The notes below the pieces were generated by a model. It was given only the letters and a program-made list of their open reading frames with translations, ran no database searches and was not told the DNA's origin. Shown here one piece after another: positions 51,642 to 64,000 of a DNA stretch of 64,000 nucleotides. The stretch is from NCBI GenBank assembly GCA_043228905.1, contig JBHGNT010000018.1, positions 5,828,001-5,892,000 on the forward strand, written 5' to 3'. Numbering within the stretch: the first letter of the stretch is position 1; every line of letters starts with the position of its first letter. Origin of the DNA: Azolla caroliniana. Its lineage: Eukaryota > Plantae > Polypodiophyta. The translations under genes and the position numbers were made by a program.

Positions 51642-54600
51642 ATCTTGGTATTTTGTCTATTGATCTCTTGTTCTTGTTCCTCATTCTCTGTACAAGACTG
51701 CGTAGCAGTAAGCATAAGGTAAGTACGCATTGTGTAACTACGCGTGATCGGAGGTTCGGTTGTAGCCGTCTCCCTTACACCGTACGAATCACGCACTACG
51801 CATCCCTATTCCCCTTGCAGCACGATCACCTTGAAATCCAGCCCGAAGGATTGAGGGTGGACAATGTTCCTAACCGGTAACAGCTCAATCTGTAGGCCTC
51901 TAACGGCCTACCGGTTTCAATCTGATCTAGCTCTTCGATCTAGCTCCTAGTTCCAGATATCATTAGAACACCGATCCGGATACTGATTCGGCTCTGGCTT
52001 ATTCAGCCAATCCGGCTCTAGCTCGCTCAACATTTCCTTTTGTTGATTTTGTGTAAACAATCTTCATCTTCGTCGTTGTTTCTCCGTTCGACTGGCTATC
52101 CATATAATCCAGGTCCATCCGTTGGGCATCCGGTGTCCGTCGTCTGACATTGTCGCTCTTTGTTTTCGTTTGTTCGGTTCAGTCGTCATCTTGGCCATTG
52201 TCATCTATCTGGTCCCTCCATTCGTGGTAGTCTCCATCCTCCTCTCTGTCAGTGTCGTTGTCCATATGTTCGGCCCGTCCGACTGACAGTATTTGTCCGG
52301 TCCGTCCCTTTCCGATTGTCTCCGTCGTCCGTCCTGTTCGATTGTCTCCGTCCTTCCGGACATGTTTTTCTGGTCATCGTTCATCCTGATCGCCTCTATT
52401 CCGCTTCTGCTGTTATCCGGTCCTCGCTTTTCTGCCGCTCTGACCGAATCTTCATCTCTGTTCGTTGTCTTGTTTACCCAGAGTCTCCATTGTCGTTGTC
52501 CAACGTTGTCGTTGTCTGGCTCGTCAGTTTGTTTGGCCCGTCCATTTGCCTAGCCCGTCCGGTCCGACCGCCTCCGTTTCGGCACCGTACGAGCACTCCG
52601 GCCACTCCGGCCACTCATGGGTCACTCTCCGGTTGGCTCTTTTCCGGCCTCTGTCGGTGTCGCCGTTCTGGCTGATGTTGGGCTTGACGCTCATCAGGTC
52701 TATTAGTGTCACGGTGTAAACTAATCACACGTGCCTCAAGAGAACTTTGAGATTGATGAAGTTCAGACATCTGATGAGCGGTTGAACTAAGGAAATTTTG
52801 TATTTGTAAGAAATACGACTCAATGGAGATTGGCTCAGGAGGATTTCCTTGAGTTCCTTCCACTTGAGGGGATGACATCAGGTCATTATTATGAGTCGTT
52901 GAACGATAATTTCTAGGAAAAAAATAGGATAAGGTCAAACAAATAGTCATAACATCATGTCGTGATGTAAACATATCATGGGAAAACATTAATCGATATC
53001 ATGATCTCACATCAATACCCCTCTAGACGTATGAGATGAGGTTCAAGATTAGGTTACTATGGTAACACAAAGGTGTTTTAAAAATCATGGGGGTGACAAA
53101 TGAATGTCTTTCCCTTATCTCTATATCGATTTTTTCATGGCGGCTACCCGAGGCTCAACCATGTATTTTCGCGGCATGAATAGTTTATACACGAAAAAAA
53201 TGTTAACAATAAACTATGTTTTTGTGCCCACGTATGTGATTTCGGCTTTTTAAGTCCTATTACGAGGACCCCAAAATGCACTTAGACCTAAAGTCTAAAC
53301 ATTTATTATAGTCATATGTATCAACAATGTTTTATAGCCTTGGTCATATTGGAACTCGAGACCTCGAGAACAAATGTATTAAATAATTGAGCTAACCAAA
53401 TAGGTTTCTCATGTTGAATATTTAATGTTTTATGCCTATAAGAGACATGCGAGGCTTTTGCCTGTATATATGTTTTTAAAAGAAACATATATGTCAAGAG
53501 TGTTGGGAATTCGGTCCCTCCGGATGGGATCGAGATGAGAACCAGAGGAGCCGAATTAGACGTGCCAGATGAAGGAACCGGACCGGATGCAGTAACCCGC
53601 TCGGACCAGAAGATATCCAGATGGATCTGTTGTTAACCGGATCCAGGGACATATCTGTAAATATGTTTCTTGTGTGCCTGTAAAGGCTATATTTGCAAAT
53701 AGTCCTAAAGTCATATAAGTATAAATATGACCTAGGGCAATCACCTAAGCATTGGTGTGGATGTGTGGTTGTATTATTGTTGTATATAGCGAAGAGAAGC
53801 TTAATCAGTTTCTGTTGTAACCACCGGTTGGCGAAGACACAGAGCTCGAGGTCGTTGACTCTGAGTCTCATAATGTACCCCCTCCTCTTGTAGTGATAGT
53901 TGGAGACTGTGAGCTCTCGTGGTTTTTCCCTATTAGGGTTTTCCATGTAAACATCCTATGTAGTCTCAAAGGTGTAAGTGTACAAACCTCCATTTCTGTT
54001 TTGTTCTTTCATTAAGTTTAAGGTTTGGTTGTGGCCGAGCTCTATCCCTATCAAACTAGTATCATAGCGAACAAGAAAATCGAAGAGTCATTCAGAAGCA
54101 TGTTCAAGCTCACCGGCTCCAACTACCCAGTGTGGAAGTCGAAGCTGAGGGACATGCTCGTGGTCAAATATCTTTGGGTACTGGTACAGTTTGGGGACAA
54201 GTCGAACAAGATTGATGCCACGACATGGGAGGTGATGCACATGAAGAAGACGGCATACATACGGTGCTTTATCGACATGAGCCTGTACAAGAACTTTAAT
54301 GAAGAAAGTAAGGCTCATGTGCACTAGGAGAAAATCAGCACCATGCTGGAGAGTAAAAACGTCGTAAAATTATCGGGTTTTGGTATTCTAGAAGTTAGTG
54401 AGACTCTGGTACCAGGATGGATCCAACATGGTAGAGCATATGAACGACCTCCAGGGGCTCATAAATCAAACAACTTCGCTTGAAGTACCTATGGCTGACG
54501 AAGTACTTGCATTGCTCCTGCTCAGTTCCCTCTTGGATAGTTGGGAGAGCTAGTTGTCACTTTGGGCAACGCTGGGCTAGAAGGAAAGAAGTTGTCCCTA

Positions 54601-55050
54601 GCAAGGGTAAAATCAAGCTTGTTGGATGAAGAAGCTCGCCGGAAGGAATAGGAGTCCGGAACCAACCTGAAGGCCTTGGTTATAGAAAATGATCATAACC
54701 AGGGAAGAGGCCGAAATTAGAGTCCCCAAAACCGGGACACATCAGGGACAAGTTCAAAGTCAAGGGGGGGCCTACTTCCTTCTATTGTGGGAAGTCAGGG
54801 CACTTCCAAAAGAATTGTCGGCATTTCTAGAAAGAGAAAGGGGCCGACACCACGGATTCCAACAAGAGTTCGGATCGAACTGGTTCGGACCAGAGACGTC
54901 TAGATCGACAAGGAACGTCGGCGATCGCGACAAATGAAGAAGAATTGCTACTCATCACCGAGGAGAATGCGTTAAACCTTGTCGGCGACGAGACAACATG
55001 GGTTGTCGATTTCGGAGCATCATTCCACCTGACATAGGACCGGAAATCCT

Positions 55051-55934
55051 TGTTAAGAATCGATGGTGATTCTTGTGTAGCGGAAGAGATTTTTGTTATG
55101 TGTATGTGTGAGAGGAAAGAGGAGAGGAGAGAAACACAACATGGATAAGAGACAAAATGAAGTACTCAAGAAGAAGGAGATGTATATTAACAAGGAGAAT
55201 ATGATAAATGAAAATGTAGCATTACAAGGAGTCACAACTGACATCGTATGAAGTATGAGGAGGGTGCTTTATATAGAGTCACCCTCTCTCTTCATTAACT
55301 TACAACAACCACTCTCTCTCTTGGGGAATGTGAAGACTCATAGTCATGGGGAATATGTAACTCATTAGTTGTGTCATAGAATATCATTCTATGACACATA
55401 GTTAATGTGTAGAGAGTAGTGGTGTGACTCTTGACCTTTGAGTAATCATGGATTCTCAAAACTTGTGTTCACCTGTTGGACTATGTTGAGCATGATTCTT
55501 AACACGCCCCCTCAAGCTCAACTCAGCTCGTTTCCTTTCGATGGATGTCTGCTTCGGCTCGTATCCTGTTCGGACGATCTCCGGTGTCCGCTTCGGCTCG
55601 TACCCGATTTAGACGGTATCCGGTTCTCGCTTGCACTTAGCAATGGACCCGATTTTGGCTTAAACCGAACCGAACCGTTAAACCATGGTTTAAAGGTTTA
55701 TAAGTTTCAAAATAATTAAATGGTTTGGTTTGGTTTTAATTCATAATAAACGGTTTGGTTTCAGTTTTGGTTTGGTTTTGAAACTAGGGTTTATAGGTTT
55801 ATAGGTTTATAGGTTTTTGGGCTATCTTTTGTTATCCATTAAATGTTTATGTTATTTAATGGTTTAATTAATGTTTTTCATTGGTTTAATTCACTAAACT
55901 TAATTTTTTATTTAATCTAATGGCTCAATTAATC

Positions 55935-55973
<39 letters not shown>

Positions 55974-58900
55974 TTTTAACGTAAATGCTTATTTAATTTT
56001 GTGTATTTTTATTTAATTAATTTTTTAACTAGCTTGGCTTAAATGTGGTTAGGTTTAAACTTTTTATTAAATGGTTCGGTTTGGTTTTAACTTTTCCCTA
56101 AACGGTTTTGTTTTAAATGGTTTAATTTACATTTTTTTTAAATGGTTTGGTTTAAATGTTCGAATGTTCATAAACGGTTTGGTTTGGTTTTTGTTTTGTG
56201 TAAAGGGTTTGGTTTGGTTTGGTTTGGTTTCAAGGCATCGAAACCGAACCGGGCCCATTGCTACTTGTACTCCCCCTCAAGCTTGGCAAGTCAGGGATTG
56301 TCAATCCAAGGTCTGACGATCCCTGACTTGTCAGCTCCTGAGGCTTGGGTGAAGATGTCGACTGTCTGAAGATTCGTGTTGATGTGTTGAAGGTCGACAT
56401 CTCCGGCCTGTACGTGCTTTGGAATGAAGTGATAGTGCACTTCGATGTGCTTTGTGTGTGTGTGGAACACCGGGTTCCAAGCCAGATATATACTGCTCAT
56501 ATTATCGCAATAAATGGGAGTCGGATCCTTGATGGGGACGCCCAGGTCATTCAAAATCCTCCTGAGCCATATGGCTTCACATGCAGCTATGGTTGCACCC
56601 CTATATTCGGCCTCCATACTCGAAAGTGTGACAGTAGGCTGCTTCTTACTACTCCAAGATATTGCTCCGCTACCAAGCGAGAAGACAAATCCGGAGGTTG
56701 ATCGTCGATCAGCTTTGTAGCTAGCCCAGTCCGCGTCTGTGTACCCTTCGAGTTGTATTGGTGTGGTTGATGCGTATAGAACGCAGTAATCCATTGTGCC
56801 GCTCACGTATCGTAATACTCGATTAGCACAATCGAAATGGATATCTCACGGAGTTTGCATGAATTGGCTAAGGAGTTCGACTGGATAGCTAAGGTCAGGT
56901 CGAGTGATCATGAGATAGATGAGGCTCCCAATCAGTTCACGATATTGGGTCGGCTTGCACTCGTCTGTGTCGGAGTTAACATCTAGTTTGAGGTTTCGAT
57001 GGAGAGGGGTTGCCACAGATTTACACTGAGTCATCCCGAACTTGTATAACAAGTTGAGGATGTAGTGCCGTTGGGAGATCATAATGCCAGCCATGGTCTG
57101 AATTACCTCAATGCCTAGGAAGTAATGAAGCTCCTTCATGTCCGTCATCTCGAATTTATTGGAGAGGAGGGACTTCACCTTGTTGATGTCGACTAGACTT
57201 TCACCTCCAATGACCAGATCATCCACACATAGGATGATGATAATTAGGCTTCTAGAGTCATGTCATACATAGAGGGAGTTGTCGGATTTTGACATTCGAA
57301 AGCCGATTTGATGAAGATATTGCGTAATCTTCGAATGCCAAGCACGCGGTTTGATTTGGCATACGGATTTTCAATGAATGCGCATTTCGAAGCCGGGTGG
57401 TTGTACCATGTATACCTCCTTGTCTAATTCGCCTTGAAGAAAGGCATTCTTGATGTCCATTTGGTGGAGGTGCCACCCTTTTGCCACTGCAAGTGCGATC
57501 ATGGTCCGCACCGTCGTCATCTTTGCCACCAGGGCAAAGGTCTCTTCATAGTCGACTCCATGTGTTTGTGCGTATCCTTTCGCTACGAGTCGAGCTTTTT
57601 AACGGTTTACGGAGCCGTCGGCATTATACTTCACCTTGTCGATCCATCTACAGTCAATTGCCTTCTTGTGCAGTGAGTGGGGAACGACATCCCATGTCTC
57701 GTTCTTGCGTAATGCACACATCTCGTCGTTCATTGCTTCCATCCATCGTTGGTCCTTCGCAACTTCAGAAAAGGTTTCTGGCTCCCGTACTGTTGCTACC
57801 TTTATCATAAATGCGTAATGGTACGCCATATAATTGTTGTAGCCGAATCATCTTACGGGGTTCTTTTCACGAGTGGATCTGCGGAGCTTCTCATTTGCGA
57901 GTACTACGGCGTTCTTCGCTCCATTTGTCTGGATCTCAAGGCCTTCGAACTCACTATCGAGGGAGTGAGTCGATTCGTTGCCATCGAAATGAGCATCTTC
58001 ATACTCCAGCATTTTGGCCTTCCCTTTGTCCAACTTCAGACTTGGTCGAGATGTGCTTTGATCACTCGGGGTCTCTTGTGGCCCACTAAGCCTTGTCGTA
58101 AGTAGGCTTTCGTCGAACATGCACGTGACTCAATCTTCAGCTTCTATCTCTATTTCGGCGGAATCCGGGTCAAGCGGAATCGAAGTCGAAGTTGTCTCTG
58201 GTGCGTACTAGGATGCGAACTCGTCGAAAACGATGTCTCGACTTACTCGAGATTTTCAAGTTGAGGGGTTGTAGCACTTGTACCCCTTTTGCTCCAGTGA
58301 GTATCCTACGAGGATACATTTCTCCGACTTCTGGTCGAGCTTTTGACGCCTCTCGTTGGGGATGTGCACATACACAATGGAGCCAAATATCCGAAGATGC
58401 GATAGGTTCGACTTCTTTCCGAAGAACTTCTTGTGCGGAGTACCTGATGTTGTACACTGATTCATGAGATAGACGGTCGTGTTAGCTGCTTCTGCCCAAT
58501 ACGATTTCGGCATGTGCTTTTCGTTAAGCATAGCCCGTGCCACTTCAAGGATGTGCGATTCTTGCGTTCAGCCACTCCGTTTTGTTGCGGCGTCTATCGA
58601 CAAGAAAATTCTCACCGTATTCCTTCTTTCCGTAGAAACGCCGAAAATTCGTCGAAGAAGTACTCCTTGCCTCCATCCAACCGAAGACATTGTACTTGTT
58701 GGCCCGTGGCTTTCTTGACTTCATTCTTAAATTTTTGGAAGTGTCCAAACACTTTGCTCTTTTGTCGCATGGGGTAGATCCAGGTGTGCCTGGAGAAGTC
58801 GTCGATGAAGGCTACATACTATCGGCATCCGCCGAATGTAGCCGTCTGAGCCGGACCCCATACATCGGAATGAATTACGTCGAGTATGCCTTTGCTCACG

Positions 58901-61082
58901 TTCCACTCCTTCCGAAACGGGCGCCGATGTTGCTTGCCGAATTGGCAAGTGGCACACACGCCTTCAATCTCTTTCTCCGTGTATGCTGGTAGCTCCATGA
59001 CGGCTCCTTTTGATTGCATTGCCTTAAGCTTTTGGAGGTTTATATGGCCAATCCGCTTGTGCGATAACTCTATGTCGGAATCGGCTTTCATGCCCTTTGT
59101 GAACATGGCCGATTTCATCTCGTGTGAGTCAAGAATGAACATTCAGCCCTCTCTTCATCCGCGAGAGATGAGTCGGCCCCCTTTATCGATGAAGCAACCG
59201 CCTTGATTAAATCGTACTTGCATTCCTTACTCTACAATTTGGCCAATGGAGACCAAATTCTTCGTGATAGTTGGTACATGCAAGACATTTTTAATATAAG
59301 TTTGCTTACCTTCTTCCCCGAATGGAACATTGCCGATGTGCCGAATCAGGTGCGTAGTGTCATCTCCGGTTTCGACATAGCCGGGTCGGTCCGGCTCTCA
59401 AAGTTCTCGGAACCATTCTTGATGCGACGTCATATGGTTCGAGGCACCGGAATCGACGAACCATATGTCTTCCGGACCGGAGGCATTAGTAGAATTAGAG
59501 GCTAACATAGAATTCGCTCTATGTCTCATCACGAACATTCGGCCACGATCGTCATAGTCGGAGTTGATGTCATAGTTGGTGAGTTGTTGGCTAGTGGAAG
59601 CCGACTCGCGTATCTTCTTACAACATTCTTCTTTGTGGTGACCGATTTTTCCGCAATATCTACATTTGACCGAGCTTTGTCGGTTCGGACCGGAATGGAA
59701 GCTCCCCCTTCTTCCAAAGGTTCCTCGATGGCTTCCATCTTGATGCCGAAATTGCGGGTTGTTTTCGTAAGTCGGGCCTCATCCGCCTCGACCTTGGCCA
59801 AATCGGCCTCTTCTTGCACGTCCATGTCCTCTTCCTCCGTCCGAATAAGTATAGAGCATATGGCCTTCTGAGGCATTGCTCCTTGTTCGAACATGGTTTT
59901 CTTCGACCAACAACATAGTTTGAAGATCGAAGAAGGAGGGTGGATTCTCCCGTGCTAGTACGGCAGTCTGCATCGCGCCGAATCATGGTGCAAGGCCGCC
60001 GAGGCATATTTGCACCATCTCATCATTGTCCACATTGACGCTTATCGAGCCAAGCGAGTCACAAAGCTCCTTGATCATCAAGGTGTAGCTTGTGATGGAA
60101 ATATCCCTTTGTTGAATGTTGTTGAACTATTGGTGGAGTTGAAGCTTTCTCGCGGTAGTGTTGGCGGTGAAAATCTTTCGTAGATTATCCCACGCTTCCT
60201 TCGGCATCTCGGCTTCTCGAATGTACCGGAGCATGTGGTCGTGAAGACATGTCGCCAAGCAATACATCACTCAGCTTGCCGCTTGCTCCCACGTTGCATA
60301 GTCGGCGTCTTCCGGGTTGGGTCAGTTTTCTTGTGCTCCCTTGATGTAACCCCAACAACCTTGGCTAACAAGGTATTGGTGCATCTTGTACTCCGAAGAT
60401 GCGAAGTTTTTCTGCTCTAACTTCTTGCTAGGGAGAGCGCTCCCCATTTGAGTATTCATTGTCGATTAAGCTTCCTTTCTTCTTTTCCTTCTCTCTCGAA
60501 CACGAGCTATGTAGTGGTACTATGATAGCGATGAGCCAGTTCTTCTTGAACGTTGACGTAGAGCACAATACACGATCACGATGTGGTGAGTGAGGTAGAT
60601 CGAGCTACCAAATCACTCTAATACCATGTAAAGAATCGATGGTGATTCTTGTGTAGCGGAAGAGATGTGTGTAATGTGTATGTGTGAGAGGAAAGAGGAG
60701 AGGAGAGAAACACAACATGGATAAGAGACAAAATGAAGTACTCAAGAAGAAGGAGATGTATATTAACAAGGAGAATATGATAAATGAAAATGTAGCATTA
60801 CAAGGAGTCACAACCGACATCGTATGAAGTATGAGGAGGGTGCTTTATATAGAGTCACCCTCTCTCTTCATTAACTTACAACAACCACTCTCTCTCTTGG
60901 GGAATGTGAAGACTCATAGTCATGGGGAATATGTAACTCATTAGTTATGTGTCATAGAATATCATTCTATGACACATAGTTAATGTGTAGAGAGTAGTGG
61001 TGTGACTCTTGACCTTTAAGTAATCATGGATTCTCAAAAGGTGTGTTCACCCGTTGCACTATGTTGAGCCTGATTCTCAACA
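55051..61082 (-). mobile_element. Full-length Ty1/copia element 'D' related to family A (LTRs 55051-55504 and 60627-61082)
   Basis: Near-identical LTRs; TSD ATCCT/ATGCT in the B4 protease; PBS rc at ~60615-60626; PPT rc CGCCCCCTCAAG at 55505; all domains present but degenerate. Confidence 0.95.
55638..56263. mobile_element. hAT-type MITE (second family)
   Basis: Imperfect TIR TAGCAATGG(A/G)CCCG; 8-bp TSD CTTGCACT/CTTGTACT; GGTTT/AACCG subterminal repeats; (TTTA)n at ~55937-55975. Confidence 0.88.
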
Positions 61083-64000
61083 ATGCTTCTCATCCTACAC
61101 TACCAGAGATCATGGCTATGTCCAGATGGGGAATGAAGGTACATGGCGAATTGTCGGCATAGAAGATGTGTTGTTGATGACATCAACCGAATGCAAGTTA
61201 CTGCTAAAAGAAGTCTGACACGTTCCGAAGGCTCAGTTGAACCTAATATCAGCCGATCGGCTAGATGATGAAGGCTACATGGGTAGCATCCGGAACGGAG
61301 TCATGAAATTCAGCAAAGGAAGCCTGATAGTGGCTCGAACTCGGAAGATCACCAAGTTCTATCTTATGCATGCCTGGATATGCCGGGAAGAAGTGAACGT
61401 AGCGTTTGACACTGCTGGTGAGCTATGGAACAAGAGATTGTGCCATATGAGCCAAAAGGGGATGAGAAGACTTGCCGAAGTTAACCTCATTCCGGAGGTG
61501 AAAGACATGCATCTTTAGAAGTGCATCGATTGCTTGGTCGGCAAGCAAAACCAAACCTCCTTCTGGTCAAGGCCACCGATGAGACGGAATTATCGCAATA
61601 CCGATGTGTGTCAAGCGGACACGAAGTCACATTCCAGATCGCAATACTTCGTGATGTTCATAGACGACCACAACCGGAAGCTGTGGGTCTCACCGTTGAA
61701 GACGAAGGGCAAGGTACTCTTTATCTTCAAGGACTTCCACGTGAGAGTGGAAAGGGAAACTAGTCGAAAGCTAAAGGCGGTTCGAGCAGATAACAGAGGA
61801 GAATATCGGGAGCAGTTCAAGGAGTACTTCCAGTCGAAGGGGATCCGGCTCAAATTCACTGTGCCGAAGACACCGGAAAGTAACAGACTGGCTGAACGGA
61901 TGAACTGGACCATAATGGAGAGATTCTGAAGCATGCTAGCACATGAAAAGTTGTCCAAGACGTTCTGGGTTGAGGCGCTGATGACGGCGATGTACGTGAT
62001 TAATACATCACCTTAAGCACCCTTGGTCGGAGACACACCATAGAGAGTATGGACCGGTAAAGACGTGTCTTACCAGCATTTGAAGGTGTTCGGATTTCTC
62101 GCCTATGTGCATGTTGCAAAGAACAAGAGAGCAAAGTGGGATCCGAAGTCCCGACCATGCATATTCCTTGGATACGATGACGATGAGTTTGGATACCGAG
62201 TGTGGGATTTGGTCGACAAGAAGGTGTTCCGGATTCGGGACATAGTCTTCATGGAAGACAAGAGTATTGCTGACTAGGAGTCAAAAAAGAAGATATCAGA
62301 CTCTGGATCGACCAACGAGACTCATCCAGTTGGAAGTTGGATAACACTCGAAGAACCAGCTGGAGTTCAACAAGAAACCGAACCGATCGAAGAAAAAGAA
62401 GATCATGACACCGGAATTGGACAAGACCCCGAATCAGATTCGCATGAAGAACAAATGGAGGAACCGGTAGTTGAGAACCAAGGAAGAAGAAATCCTCTCA
62501 GAGAGAGAAGAGCCCCCGAAAGATTTCCAGATGCAGAGCATGTGTTGCTAACCGATGAAGGGGAGCCAGAAAGCTTCGAAGAAGCAAAGAAAGACACCCA
62601 CAACCGCAAGTGGTTAAGTGCCATGCACGACGAGATGGATTCCCTACATGAGAAACACACATATGAACTAACAGAGTTGCCGAAAGGAAAGAGAGAAATC
62701 TAGAACAAATGGGTGTACAAGCTGAAACTGGGAGACGTCGGAAATCCACCAAGGTACAAGGCCTGGATCGTGGCAAAGGGGTTTGAGCAGAAGAAAGGAG
62801 TGGATTTCGACGAGATCTTTGCTCCGGTAGTAAAGATGATCTCCATCCGGATGGTGTTGAGCATAGCGGCAAGCCTAGACCTTGAGGTAGAGGAACTGGA
62901 TGTCAAGACAATGTTCCTACATGGCGACCTCGAAGAAGACATCTACATGCAACAACCGAAAGGATTTGAGAAGAAAGGGAAGGAGCACCTGGTGTGCCAG
63001 CTGAAGAAGAGCCTATACGAACTAAAGCAAGCTCCCCGACAATGGTACCGGAAGTTCGATTCCTTCATGGCCGACCAAAAGTACCACAAGACGCAAGCCG
63101 ATCACTGCGTGTTTGTGAAGAAATTCGATGGAGGAGACTTCCTGATACTCCTACTGTATGTGGATGACATGTTGATCGTCGGACTGGACCAAACCAAAAT
63201 CGGGATGCTGAAGAAGGCCTTGAACCGGACCTTCCCAATGAGAGACTTGGGCCCGGCAAGACAGATATAGGGGATGCACATAATCCGAGACCGGACGAAG
63301 AAGCTATTGTGGTTGTCACAAGAGAAGTACGTGAGAAAAGTGCTCCAACGTTTCAACATGTAAAATGTGAAGCCAGTCAAGTCAACACTTCTGGCAAACT
63401 GCAAGTTTTCCGGAAAGCAGAACCTGAAGACAAAGGCAGAGAAGTTGGACATGATGAAGATACCAAATGCCTATGCCATCAGACACTTGATGTACGCAAT
63501 GGTGTGTACCCGACCGGATATCGGATTTGCTGTCGAAGTGGTCAGTCGGTTCATGAGCAATCCCAAAAGAGAACATTGGACCGCGGTCAAGTGGATACTC
63601 TGGTACTTGAAAGGCACCTCGAGTATGGGCCTCCAAATCAACTCAAGTATACCCCAATTGGAAGGCTTAACAAATTCGGATATGTCGGTTGATGCGGATA
63701 CCTACCGGTCCACATCTGGAAACGTCATGACATATGCAGGGGGAGCCGTATCCTGGCAGTCGAGGCTGCAAAAGTCCGTTGCATTGTCAACAACAGAAGC
63801 AGAGTACATGGTAGTCATGGAAGCCGACAAGGAAGTAATTTGGATGAAGGGCTTCATCGAGGAGCTAGGGATCCAACAGGAGGAATACCAACTCTACTGC
63901 AATAGCCAAAGTACCATCCACCTTGCAAAGAACACAGCCTACCATTCCCGGACTAAGCACATCCAAAGAAGATATCATTGGCTTCGAGAGAAGGTAGAAG

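Larger units (their letters stand above)
38095..51882 (+). mobile_element. Non-chromovirus Ty3/gypsy element 'G38' (LTRs 38095-38536 and 51367-51882) with a 3' extra ORF and no PPT
   Basis: Homologous TG..CA LTRs inserted in the A1 LTR (degenerate TSD GCTGG/GCTCA, host LTR rejoins). gag, PR, RT, RH and INT are on the + strand. Confidence 0.93.
2779..52032 (-). mobile_element. Old Ty1/copia element 'A1' fragmented by nested insertions (3' LTR 2779-3223; 5' LTR 37804-38094 + 51883-52032)
   Basis: The LTRs are homologous, with near-TSD CTTCC (2774-2778)/TTTCC (52033-52037). Minus-strand pieces are colinear: PBS 37792-37803, gag-PR 36505-37700, INT 16829-18030, RT/RH 9363-10365, tail 3224-3702. 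Confidence 0.65.
53501..64000 (+). mobile_element. Ty1/copia element 'B4' (5' LTR 53501-54053, PBS 54057-54068, gag-PR-INT-RT-RH); runs off the right edge
   Basis: Family-B LTR start TGTTGGGAATTCGGTCCCTCCGGATG; degenerate iMet PBS; gag FKLTGSNY; INT 61534-62277; RT 62713-63270; RH to the window end. Confidence 0.93.

Overview
This window is eukaryotic land-plant DNA, most likely heterochromatin of a non-seed plant such as a fern, lycophyte or bryophyte (inferred from the Tcn1-like and aRH-less non-chromovirus gypsy lineages). It contains no intact host gene and is almost entirely a deeply nested stack of degenerate LTR retrotransposons. The stack can be unpacked from TG..CA termini, PBS/PPT sites and 5-bp target-site duplications (TSDs). 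It includes two or three Ty1/copia families, chromoviral and non-chromoviral Ty3/gypsy elements, solo LTRs and two hAT-type MITEs. One old copia (2779-52032) appears to have been inflated to about 49 kb by later insertions. Two captured host-gene pieces are present: an intronless NUP155 N-terminal retrocopy inside a complete non-autonomous LTR element (19513-22716), and a receptor-kinase C-terminus. The most unusual signal is a gypsy-related group with three members (near 2164, 19513 and 38095). These have no polypurine tract at the 3' LTR; a conserved tRNA-3'-end-like motif ending in CCA sits there instead. In the two complete members both LTRs are therefore flanked by inward-facing TGGCAC primer-like sites, which suggests tRNA or tRNA-mimic priming of both DNA strands. 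All family and tRNA assignments come from recalled motifs, not database searches.
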